From a virus (lineage: Duplodnaviria > Caudoviricetes): 48,698 bases of DNA. The stretch spans positions 1 to 48,698 of the IMG/VR virus record IMGVR_UViG_3300030331_006290. One strand, given 5' to 3'. The notes under the pieces were generated by a model that did not search any database, was not told the DNA's origin, and was given only the letters and a program-made list of their open reading frames with translations. The position numbers were made by a program, and so were the translations under genes. Below are positions 1 to 8,490 of this stretch, piece after piece. How positions within the stretch are numbered: position 1 is the first letter of the stretch; every line of letters starts with the position of its first letter.

Positions 1-1
1 T

Positions 2-1807
2 CATGATGCTGGATTTAGATATACAGGAACAGGCGATTTTACAGCCTCTCCAGTGTCTCCTCCAGTCACATCACAATCTTTTGTTATTCCATTTAGAAAA
101 ACTGCATTTTATGAGACTCATAAAGAATCTACAAGCAAGAGATTTTATGGTGAATTTGATGACGAACATAATGATGGCCTAAATCCAACCAGTAGTTTAA
201 ATACTAGTAGAAAAGGAAAAAGTGGAGGAAGTCGTAATTCTTCAATAACTTTAGGAGATGTAAGATTAAGTGACTCTGATTTTTCAGCAGGTGGCAGACA
301 CTTCGATGAAGTTGAATTTGGTGTAGACTCTACAAGCGAACAAACTTTCGCTTCATACTATGGAGGCTCTACAGCGAGTAAAGGCCAGTATTTCAGCGCA
401 GTAATATTTCATTTTAGCAATATTACCGTAAAACAAGGAGCAACTGTAAGCAGCGCTAAATTAAAAGTTAATAAAAGCACACCAACTAGCGGAAGTGATC
501 AAGGAGAAGCTGTAAAAATAGCTGCTATTTTTGGTGATGATTCAGATTTCACACGTATCCCTAATAAAAGAAGAACGGCAGTTACTTGGACTAACTTTTA
601 CAATTTAGCAGAAGACACACAATTAGAATCCCCTGACATTTCGTCTATTATACAAGAAATCGTAAATTTGGCAACTTGGCAAAGTGGAAATGATATAAGT
701 CTATATATGTTCTATGAAGCTGGAGGTAGCCAAAGTAGTTACAATAATAATGCTAGCACCCCAGCTCAAACTTTACTAAAAGTTAAATCAGGCTACGATT
801 CATCTGGAAATGTTACGACATCAGAAGCTCCAACACTTGAAATAACATCAGATGGTGGTAGTGATTTCTCTGGAACTATCATAGAAGCTGCGGAAAGTAA
901 ACGGATTAGGAGGGTTGAAAATGTAAGTGTGGGAGGAGGCCAAAAAACTTTTAACAATAGCGGCGCTTCTCCTACTATACTTAACAACTCCTCTTCCATT
1001 TTCTTCGGTAGGATTAGAAGCGAATTTAGTCCTGCTGATTATTATAATGATGCTACCATAACCTTTAGAGGATTTATTCTCAGATTTCCTAATATCCCGT
1101 TAGCTCAAGGAGCCACTGTTCCGACTACTCGTTTGAGCATTGTTGTAGCTAGAGATACGGACGCAGACCCCGCTAATTCTGAGGACGTTAATTTTGTTGA
1201 TGGAACTAGAAATTTTAACAGATCTTCCAGTGATGATTTAGCTTCTACTGATTCACATCACGATTACAGCACTGGTAATCATGCATTAAATGGAGACGGA
1301 ACTAACGATCTTGTTGGAGTTAGAGTAAGAGCTATAAAAGTAACTGACGTAGATTCGAGTTTCACTGGAATCGACGCTAGTCACCCAAGTGGCTTGACAG
1401 CCACTGGTGGTAATACGACTGACGCTTTTGTTGATATACCATTAGATAGCATATTCCCTCTTGATTTTGTAGGCAGTTTTAATGGAAAAGGCAAGAAAAC
1501 TAGAGAGGGTGATAGGGTAGAAACTCCAGATATGAAAGCAATTTTACAAGAGATAGTAGATCAAGCGGGCTGGTCAGAAAATAATGCTATAGCTCTACTT
1601 TTTTACCTACCTCAAGCTCATTCAGACAGCGCCGTGGAAGGAACTACTACTCCAAGGGTTTTTACGGCCAATTTTTTCCTTGGCGAATATTTTCATAGCG
1701 ATGTTTCAGATTATTCTAATATCGAAAATAACTCATCTCAAGGTATGGGGGGTAGTAATAAGAAAGCAATTGTTGGAAAGCAGCCTAAATTATTAATAGG
1801 AGATTAA
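2..1807 (+). CDS. Virion/adhesin-like protein, 5'-truncated by the window, with two copies of a beta-sandwich-like domain
   Basis: Frame is open from base 2 (HDAGFRYTGTGDF...), so GTG53 is probably not the start. Ser/Thr/Gly/Asp-rich. Duplicated motif F.N(I)..QGAT(V)...(S/T)PD...I.QEIV...W..(G/N)N.I.L resembles domains of PilY1-like and other surface proteins. Confidence 0.6.
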   Translation, partial: HDAGFRYTGTGDFTASPVSPPVTSQSFVIPFRKTAFYETHKESTSKRFYGEFDDEHNDGLNPTSSLNTSRKGKSGGSRNSSITLGDVRLSDSDFSAGGRHFDEVEFGVDSTSEQTFASYYGGSTASKGQYFSAVIFHFSNITVKQGATVSSAKLKVNKSTPTSGSDQGEAVKIAAIFGDDSDFTRIPNKRRTAVTWTNFYNLAEDTQLESPDISSIIQEIVNLATWQSGNDISLYMFYEAGGSQSSYNNNASTPAQTLLKVKSGYDSSGNVTTSEAPTLEITSDGGSDFSGTIIEAAESKRIRRVENVSVGGGQKTFNNSGASPTILNNSSSIFFGRIRSEFSPADYYNDATITFRGFILRFPNIPLAQGATVPTTRLSIVVARDTDADPANSEDVNFVDGTRNFNRSSSDDLASTDSHHDYSTGNHALNGDGTNDLVGVRVRAIKVTDVDSSFTGIDASHPSGLTATGGNTTDAFVDIPLDSIFPLDFVGSFNGKGKKTREGDRVETPDMKAILQEIVDQAGWSENNAIALLFYLPQAHSDSAVEGTTTPRVFTANFFLGEYFHSDVSDYSNIENNSSQGMGGSNKKAIVGKQPKLLIGD

Positions 1808-1824
1808 AATGCAATATTTGAAAT

Positions 1825-2208
1825 TTAGTAATCAATTTTTACGTTTTTACTTTCGTAACCTTTTTCTTTTATTTGATTAATGTGTTTAGCTCCGTTTCGA
1901 GCTTTTGAATAATCTTTATAATATTTTTCTTTTACAGGATCAACACCACCATTCTTTCGTGCTCGCTTTTCACTAAGTTCTTTAGAATAATCCATCATAT
2001 CTCCCATAGTTCCTTTTTTCGCGGCAGTTGTCTCTACAAACTGTCTACTATTGAATGGGTCAGCATCAGCATCGATGGACGCATTAGGAGCGAGAAAAAC
2101 TCGCTCCCATGCTAAACCATCTTTTTCGTAAGAATGTTCATCATTCATACCTTGAATTACTTCAATATATTCTTCTTTGTTGGGATGTTTGTAAACGTAA
2201 ATAGGCAT
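1825..2208 (-). CDS. FmdB-like small protein (MPxYxY N-terminus, lacking the zinc-ribbon cysteines)
   Basis: Starts MPIYVYKHP..EEYIEVIQGM; TAATG overlap with hsp20. Confidence 0.5.
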   Translation of the reverse strand: MPIYVYKHPNKEEYIEVIQGMNDEHSYEKDGLAWERVFLAPNASIDADADPFNSRQFVETTAAKKGTMGDMMDYSKELSEKRARKNGGVDPVKEKYYKDYSKARNGAKHINQIKEKGYESKNVKIDY

Positions 2209-2513
2209 TAAGTAATTTTTATTTGTCTACCTTCATTTACACCTTTTTTAGGTAATGTTAATTTCAATAAACCATGAGTATATTCAGCTACTATGTGATC
2301 TATAGAAACTTGATTAGCTAGTCTGACAGTTCTTTTTTTTGAGTCTTTTTTATTTTTAGCCTCTACTGTTAGTAAAGTATCAGTAGCGGTTATTTTTATT
2401 TGACTCTTAGAAAAACCAGCAAATGAAAGTTCAATTTCGTAAGCATCTTTATTATCTGTAGATTCAACTGGGTATTGTATTTGTTCGTTTAGTAAGTTAA
2501 ATAATGTGTTCAT
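2208..2513 (-). CDS. hsp20: Small heat shock protein (Hsp20/alpha-crystallin)
   Basis: YEIELSFAGFSKSQIKI...AEYTHGLLKLTLPK and C-terminal IKI motif. Confidence 0.9.
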   Translation of the reverse strand: MNTLFNLLNEQIQYPVESTDNKDAYEIELSFAGFSKSQIKITATDTLLTVEAKNKKDSKKRTVRLANQVSIDHIVAEYTHGLLKLTLPKKGVNEGRQIKIT

Positions 2514-2528
2514 AATGCTTATATATCA

Positions 2529-2544
2529 ACATTAAATGTGCCAA
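2529..2544 (-). promoter_or_regulatory. Sigma-54-like -24/-12 promoter upstream of hsp20
   Basis: Minus strand reads TTGGCAC-ATTTA-ATGT against consensus TGGCAC-N5-TTGC; the -12 element is imperfect. Confidence 0.45.
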
Positions 2545-2548
2545 GTAA

Positions 2549-3628
2549 TTAACCCTTAAAAACAAGGGATAAAATGCGATCTACAGTATTTTCGTATGTC
2601 AACTTGTCCCCCATTTTTACACCCTCTGTGTTAATTTGTCCCACCTTAGACTCAGCCAACTCCATTGCAGAAATAGCTTCATCTTCAGTCCAAGTGTAAA
2701 AAGTTCCTTGGTTGAAAGCTTGATTGTCATTAAAAAATACCCCATCACTAACCGCCATTTCTCCAGATGGTTCAATCAAAATTGAGTTATCTTTATTAGC
2801 CCAATCTTTATGTGAGGTACAGTTTAAAACAATGCTCCATTTTCCAAGACAAGTTGCGTTGAATGATGGTAAATTCCAGCCCTCTCCACCAGATAGTCCA
2901 CCAAGATCAATATCTATTGAATTTAGGTATTCATTAACTTCTGAATTAGTAGCCAAATGTGGAAGAAAATTAATATTATTATAGTGTTTTCCCTCCAAAG
3001 TTTGATTGATTAAACCTTTCATTTGTTCTGGTTTAAAAAATGCGTTGTTTATACAGCAAGTAAGTAAATATTTATTATTGTTGCCGTATTTTTTTAGCCA
3101 AGTCCTAATAATTTTTTGGGTATGTTTTCTATTTTCATACTTACCCATTAAACCAAAATGAATGCAATCCTTCATATAAGTTTTGTTAGTAACTTTAAAA
3201 CAGTCATCAAAACCTAAAGGGACAGCCTCACAATTTTCTAAACCTTTAGCCTCAAAATGACCTCTTGCATAAGTTGAACTAAAGATGGTTTTTTGCTGAT
3301 TACCTACTATCGCAGACTCTATTTCAGTCGGCTGATTACATTCATAGAATGTATATAAAAACTGATTTTTATTTTTTCTATTATCAGCGCCATTAATATG
3401 CCAAATCTTTAAAGATGGTATATCCTTAGATAAAAATTTGAATCTATTATTTACAGCATCTTCAATATATTTTTTAAGATTTTCATCTAAACAAAAAGCA
3501 TCTACTGTGACATCTCCCATAGGGAAAAGTCCTATTTCAATATTTTTTTTATATAATTGTTTTAGAATGTTTATAGAAACATTTCCAAAACTTAAATTAT
3601 TTAGAGCTGCTTCTAATAATACCTTCAT
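2549..3628 (-). CDS. GT-B glycosyltransferase (GT4-like)
   Basis: GKYENRKH and LSGGEGWNLPSFNATCLGK match the GT4 'E.FGLP..EA.A.G' region. Confidence 0.8.
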   Translation of the reverse strand: MKVLLEAALNNLSFGNVSINILKQLYKKNIEIGLFPMGDVTVDAFCLDENLKKYIEDAVNNRFKFLSKDIPSLKIWHINGADNRKNKNQFLYTFYECNQPTEIESAIVGNQQKTIFSSTYARGHFEAKGLENCEAVPLGFDDCFKVTNKTYMKDCIHFGLMGKYENRKHTQKIIRTWLKKYGNNNKYLLTCCINNAFFKPEQMKGLINQTLEGKHYNNINFLPHLATNSEVNEYLNSIDIDLGGLSGGEGWNLPSFNATCLGKWSIVLNCTSHKDWANKDNSILIEPSGEMAVSDGVFFNDNQAFNQGTFYTWTEDEAISAMELAESKVGQINTEGVKMGDKLTYENTVDRILSLVFKG

Positions 3629-4014
3629 TAAAAAGGAACTTCTTCAGCTACTTTTTCTTCTTTTGTAGAAGTAGTAGAAGTAGTAGAAGTAGTAGAAGAA
3701 TCAGAGTCTTTTTTCTTTGATGAAAGAAACTGTAAGTCCTTACCTTTTATAAAATACCTGCTGAAATTTTTACCATCTTTTTCCCAAGATGACATTGAAA
3801 GTTCTCCTTGAACAATAAACTCTCTACCCTTAGAAAGATATTTTTCGGCTATTTCAGCTTGTTTGTCCCAGTACTGAACATCAACGTAACATTTATCTTT
3901 AACATTAGATGAGGAAATACCAACTCTTAAATTTACAACTTTTTTACCAGTTGTAGTTGTTCTAGATTCTGGATCTTTAACCAGATAAGCAGCAGCAGTT
4001 ATTGAATTATACAT
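3628..4014 (-). CDS. ssb: Single-stranded DNA-binding protein
   Basis: OB-fold pattern (LVKDPESR..., QYWDKQAEIAEKYLSKG, VQGEL...WEKDG) and acidic EEVPF tail. Confidence 0.9.
   Translation of the reverse strand: MYNSITAAAYLVKDPESRTTTTGKKVVNLRVGISSSNVKDKCYVDVQYWDKQAEIAEKYLSKGREFIVQGELSMSSWEKDGKNFSRYFIKGKDLQFLSSKKKDSDSSTTSTTSTTSTKEEKVAEEVPF
3665..3698. repeat. 9-bp tandem repeat (GTAGAAGTA, ~3.8 copies) encoding the STT linker of SSB
   Basis: gtagaagtagtagaagtagtagaagtagtagaag visible directly. Confidence 0.9.
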
Positions 4015-4615
4015 ATTTAGTTTGTTTATTAATTTTAGTTAAAAATTTATTATGGATATTTATACAGCCTTGAATACTCATGTCAAGATCCTCAGCTATA
4101 ATTTTCCAAGGTGTGAGCTTATGATTATCGACATTATACCTTTTGTCAATTATTTTTTTTACTCTATCGTCAGTTTCTTTTTCTAAGAACTTTGTAAGTA
4201 TTTTTAAAATCTCATGTTTGCTTAGATTTTCTAAAAAAGATTCACAATGAGGTTCAATATAAAAATCATCATCCTGAAAAGAGATTTCTTGATGTTTTTT
4301 TCTTTTATTTAAAACTCCTAAACATTTCCATTTTGTGTGATTAGCTAAATAAGTTGGAAACTTTGTGTTTTTAGAAGGATCAAATTTTATAGCGCATGAG
4401 TATACTTCATGCACTTTATCGTCTAAAAGGTTGTCTTTATCTGCGGTATTCCTCGGCCCAGAAAGAAAACTATTTACCATTGAATGATAAATGCCAGAAT
4501 GACGGTTTATAAGCTCTAATAAACTACCCTCGTCGTTACAGTCTTTAATTTTATTAATTAAAGAAATATCGCTTTCCAGAGCCAAAGGCTCTGTAAATTT
4601 TGTACCTTTTTCCAT
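4007..4615 (-). CDS. Phage sigma-70-family RNA polymerase sigma factor
   Basis: Region 2-like AIKFDPSKNTKFPTYL; region 4 HTH-like TPWKIIAEDLDMSIQGCINIHNK. Confidence 0.8.
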   Translation of the reverse strand: MEKGTKFTEPLALESDISLINKIKDCNDEGSLLELINRHSGIYHSMVNSFLSGPRNTADKDNLLDDKVHEVYSCAIKFDPSKNTKFPTYLANHTKWKCLGVLNKRKKHQEISFQDDDFYIEPHCESFLENLSKHEILKILTKFLEKETDDRVKKIIDKRYNVDNHKLTPWKIIAEDLDMSIQGCINIHNKFLTKINKQTKYV

Positions 4616-4832
4616 TATTTTATATATATTTTATATATAATTTATATATAAATTATAAAACGTAATGTATACAGACTAACGTATAGCTTTACTATAACGT
4701 AATAGGTATAATTAGCGTCTTTAAACCGTTATACGGTATAATAAAGATTAAAATCAACTTGTCAAGTAAAAAAAATTTTTTTTTCAAATACAGTTTGACA
4801 GCAAAGCAAAGTATGGTGTAAAAACAATAGTC
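4616..4832. promoter_or_regulatory. Divergent AT-rich control region / candidate replication origin
   Basis: 22-bp perfect palindrome at 4636-4657; AACGTA at 4659, 4678, 4696; hairpin ACCGT-TAT-ACGGT at 4725-4737; TTGACA on the minus strand (4760-4765) and plus strand (4795-4800); GTGTAA at 4816. Confidence 0.55.
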
Positions 4833-5804
4833 ATGATTTTCGAAGAACAAATATCAAGGAAGCCCGACCATTATCCATGGGCGCAAGAATTTATTGAGGC
4901 AATGCACAACGGTTTTTGGACCGATAAAGAATTTAGCTTTAGCAGCGATATACAGGATTTTAATGTTAATTTAAACTCTGAAGAAAAAGAAATTATTATA
5001 AGAACTCTTTCAGCTGTTGGGCAGATTGAAGTAGCGGTGAAAAAGTTCTGGAGTAAATTAGGAGATAATCTACCTCACCCAAGCTTGACCGATTTGGGGT
5101 ATGTTATGGCAAATGTAGAAGTTATTCATAATAATGCATATGAAAGATTACTGAAAGTTTTGGGGCTTGAGGATGTATTTGAGAAAAATTTAGAGTTAGA
5201 TTTTATTCAAGGTAGAGTTAATTACCTTAGAAAATACAATCATAAATTTTACAAAGATTCAAAAAAACAATATGTTTATTCAATAATACTTTTTACTCTT
5301 TTTGTAGAAAATGTTTCTTTGTTTTCACAGTTCTATATCATCAACTGGTTCAATCGTTATCGAAATATATTAAAGGACACTGGACAGCAGGTAAAATATA
5401 CTAGGAACGAAGAGAACATACATGCTCTTGCTGGAATTAAGATAATCAATACAATTAGGAGCGAGCATCCAGAATTATTTGATGATGAATTAGAGAGTAG
5501 AATTATACATGAAGCTCAGGAGGCTTTCAAAGCTGAGAGCAAGATTGTTGATTGGATGATTAATGGATTTAACGAAAAAGGTCTCAATGCTGAGATCCTT
5601 AAAGAATTTATAAAAAATAGAATAAATGACTCTTTAGAAAAAATAGGGTTTTCTTCTGCATTTAATGTTGACACTTCTGTTTTAGAAAATACAATGTGGT
5701 TCGAGGAAGAATTGATGGGCAATAATGCTACTGATTTCTTTCATTCTAGACCTGTTGAGTATTCTAAAAACTCACAGACATTTGACGCAGACGATCTATT
5801 TTAA
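4833..5804 (+). CDS. nrdB: Ribonucleotide reductase class Ia beta subunit
   Basis: FW..E N-terminus, EVIHNNAYE (metal ligands and radical Tyr), ENVSLFSQF, EENIH, TDFF tail. Confidence 0.95.
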   Translation: MIFEEQISRKPDHYPWAQEFIEAMHNGFWTDKEFSFSSDIQDFNVNLNSEEKEIIIRTLSAVGQIEVAVKKFWSKLGDNLPHPSLTDLGYVMANVEVIHNNAYERLLKVLGLEDVFEKNLELDFIQGRVNYLRKYNHKFYKDSKKQYVYSIILFTLFVENVSLFSQFYIINWFNRYRNILKDTGQQVKYTRNEENIHALAGIKIINTIRSEHPELFDDELESRIIHEAQEAFKAESKIVDWMINGFNEKGLNAEILKEFIKNRINDSLEKIGFSSAFNVDTSVLENTMWFEEELMGNNATDFFHSRPVEYSKNSQTFDADDLF

Positions 5805-7450
5805 TGAACAAATACTATTGGCTAAACAAGGATTCAAAAGCTTTTTTAAGAAGGGGTTATTTACAAACTGGAGAAACAGCAGAACAAAGAATTTTAGATA
5901 TTGCCAAGAGTGCTGAAAAGTATTTAAAAGTAAAAGGGTTCGCTTCTAAATTTGAAGATTATATGGCTAGAGGTTTCTACTCTTTAGCCAGTCCAGTTTG
6001 GGCTAATTTTGGTAGAGAAAGAGGTTTACCTATTTCTTGCAACGGTGTTTACATTGAAGATAGGATGGATTCTATCTTAGAAAAACAAGCTGAGGTTGGA
6101 ATGCAAACTAAGCATGGATCAGGCACATCAGCTTACTTTGGGGCGCTTAGAGGTAGAGGGTCAGAAATATCATCTGGTGGCACTTCCAGCGGATCAGTTC
6201 ACTTTATGGAGCTTTTTGACAAAGTTTCATCTGTTGTTTCTCAAAGTAATGTCCGAAGAGGTTCTTTTGCAGGATATCTACCAATTGATCATCCAGATAT
6301 AAAAGAATTTTTAAGAATACGTAGTGAAGGTCACCCAATACAAGATTTATCTTTTGGTGTTTGTATAAGTGATACTTGGATGAGAGAATTAATATCTGGA
6401 GATAAATCAAAGAGATATATTTGGGCAGCCCTAATTAAAAAAAGGTTTGAGACAGGCTATCCTTATATATTTTTTACTGACACTGTAAACAATTCAGCGC
6501 CAAAACCTTATAAAGATAAAAATTTAAAAGTCCATGCTTCTAACCTTTGTAGTGAAATAGCTCTACATTCATCTGAAGAAGAATCTTTTGTTTGTTGTTT
6601 ATCATCCTTAAACCTAGTAAAATGGGAGGAGATTAAAGAAACTGATGCTGTTGAAACTTTAATATTTTTCTTAGATGCTGTGATGGAGGAATATGTTCAA
6701 AAAACAAAGGATATTCCATTTATGAAAAGCTCTCATGAATTTGCAAAAAGACAAAGAGCTATAGGATTAGGAGTTTTAGGTTGGCACTCTTATTTACAGG
6801 ATAAAATGATAGCCTTTGAGAGTTTAGAGGCTAAATTTTTAAATCAAGAAATACATCAATTAATAAGAGAGCGTTGTGATAAAGCTACAGAAAATCTAGC
6901 TGTTTTATTAGGAGAGCCTGAGTACCTTAAAGGATATGGCAGACGAAACCTAACTACAATGGCAATAGCCCCAACAACCTCAAGCTCATTTATTTTAGGG
7001 CAAGTATCTCCTTCTATAGAACCTTTAAATAGCAACTACTTCACAAAAGACCTTGCAAAAGGTAAATTTACTTATAAAAATCCTTACTTAGAAAAAGTTC
7101 TGACTGAAAAGAACAAAAATACTCAAACTACATGGAAATCAATCTTAGTTAAAGGTGGATCAGTACAGCATTTAGATTTTCTATCTGAGGAAGAAAAGGA
7201 CGTTTTCAAAACATTTGGTGAAATTTCACAAAAAGAAATAGTATTACAAGCTGCTCAGCGACAAAAATACATAGATCAAAGCCAAAGTTTGAACTTAATG
7301 ATAGCTCCAAAATGCCCTCCAAAGCAAGTAAGTGAGCTTTTAATTTTCGGCTGGGAACAGGGAATAAAAAGCTTTTATTACCAAAGAAGCGCCAATCCTA
7401 GTCAAGAGCTTGCAAGATCCATACTATCTTGTTCATCTTGCGAGGGTTAA
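5804..7450 (+). CDS. nrdA: Ribonucleotide reductase class Ia alpha subunit, short form without ATP cone
   Basis: PISC, RRG, SNLCSE, IAPTTSSS, SFYY and C-terminal CSSCEG. Confidence 0.95.
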   Translation: MNKYYWLNKDSKAFLRRGYLQTGETAEQRILDIAKSAEKYLKVKGFASKFEDYMARGFYSLASPVWANFGRERGLPISCNGVYIEDRMDSILEKQAEVGMQTKHGSGTSAYFGALRGRGSEISSGGTSSGSVHFMELFDKVSSVVSQSNVRRGSFAGYLPIDHPDIKEFLRIRSEGHPIQDLSFGVCISDTWMRELISGDKSKRYIWAALIKKRFETGYPYIFFTDTVNNSAPKPYKDKNLKVHASNLCSEIALHSSEEESFVCCLSSLNLVKWEEIKETDAVETLIFFLDAVMEEYVQKTKDIPFMKSSHEFAKRQRAIGLGVLGWHSYLQDKMIAFESLEAKFLNQEIHQLIRERCDKATENLAVLLGEPEYLKGYGRRNLTTMAIAPTTSSSFILGQVSPSIEPLNSNYFTKDLAKGKFTYKNPYLEKVLTEKNKNTQTTWKSILVKGGSVQHLDFLSEEEKDVFKTFGEISQKEIVLQAAQRQKYIDQSQSLNLMIAPKCPPKQVSELLIFGWEQGIKSFYYQRSANPSQELARSILSCSSCEG

Positions 7451-7473
7451 AAATTCATTTTAATTAATTTTTT

Positions 7474-7480
7474 GTGTAAA
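7474..7480 (+). promoter_or_regulatory. GTGTAAA motif, putative phage-specific promoter
   Basis: Ends 10 nt before ATG 7491; the same motif precedes several other genes. Confidence 0.5.
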
Positions 7481-7490
7481 TCATTGCTAG

Positions 7491-8471
7491 ATGGAGTACG
7501 ATTTTTCAGATAAAGCAAAGGAATTTTTGGAATCACAGGCCGCCAAACGACCTGGGCCAAGGAGTGGAGCACAGACCCCAGCCAAACCATCAGAACGCAG
7601 AAAGGGATCAAAGAAAAATCCTAAAGGGTCAGCTGGTGGTGGAAAAAAAGCTCCAAAAATTACTTTCTCTGAAAAAGTTGTAACTGCCTTAAAAAACAAA
7701 GTCAAAGAGCACAACTCTAAACACTCAAGAAAAGTTACATTAGGTCAACTCAAAAAAGTTTATAGGAGGGGCGCTGGCGCTTTTTCAAGTAGTCACAGAC
7801 CTGGTAAATCTAGAGGTCAATGGGCTATGGCTAGAGTCAATACATTCTTAAGAATGATGAGAGGCGGTAAAGTAAAAAAATCTTATAGAGCTGCTGATTC
7901 TGATATAGCAAGAGGTAGTGAAGAATATTATAACGAGGAAGTGGGCAAAGAGTTTATTGATTTTAGCGAGCTTAATTTTACAATGGCTAAGATTGATTTG
8001 TTAAAAGCTGGAGTGACTGAAGAGGAAATGGACAACGAGGCTGAAGATTTAGATTACACAGAGGCTCAAAAAAAAACTTTAAATAAACCCTTTAGGTTAC
8101 CTACTGGCTCAAAAAAAAAATTCGGAGTCTATGTGAAGAATGAAAAAGGTAACGTTGTTATGGTCAAGTTTGGTGATCCAAACATGGAGATAAAGCGTGA
8201 CGATCCTGAAAGAAGAAAAAACTTTAGAGCTAGACATAAGTGTGATACAAATCCAGGTCCAAAGTATAAAGCTAGATACTGGTCATGTAGATTTTGGAGT
8301 AAAAAACCAGTAAGCAAAATGACATCAAGTGATGCTGTTGCATGGGATGATGAGGAGATACTAAGTCATTGGGGTTGGGATGATGATAACTTTGTAGAGC
8401 AAAGTGAATTAATTGCTCAAAATCCAGATCTAGAAAAGGTCTCAGTTTTTATTGAAGAGGACGATTTATAA
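7491..8471 (+). CDS. Modular basic/acidic viral protein of unknown function
   Basis: Basic modules TLGQLKKVYRRGAGAF..SHRPG...QWAMARVN and LNKPFR...KFGDPNM...FRARHKC...ARYWSC, recalled from other large DNA viruses, separated by acidic linkers. Confidence 0.65.
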   Translation: MEYDFSDKAKEFLESQAAKRPGPRSGAQTPAKPSERRKGSKKNPKGSAGGGKKAPKITFSEKVVTALKNKVKEHNSKHSRKVTLGQLKKVYRRGAGAFSSSHRPGKSRGQWAMARVNTFLRMMRGGKVKKSYRAADSDIARGSEEYYNEEVGKEFIDFSELNFTMAKIDLLKAGVTEEEMDNEAEDLDYTEAQKKTLNKPFRLPTGSKKKFGVYVKNEKGNVVMVKFGDPNMEIKRDDPERRKNFRARHKCDTNPGPKYKARYWSCRFWSKKPVSKMTSSDAVAWDDEEILSHWGWDDDNFVEQSELIAQNPDLEKVSVFIEEDDL

Positions 8472-8490
8472 GATATAATCATGCTATCGC

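Noticed and set aside
1808-1824. Terminator between convergent genes
   Set aside because: Only 17 nt, AT-rich, with no convincing GC stem.
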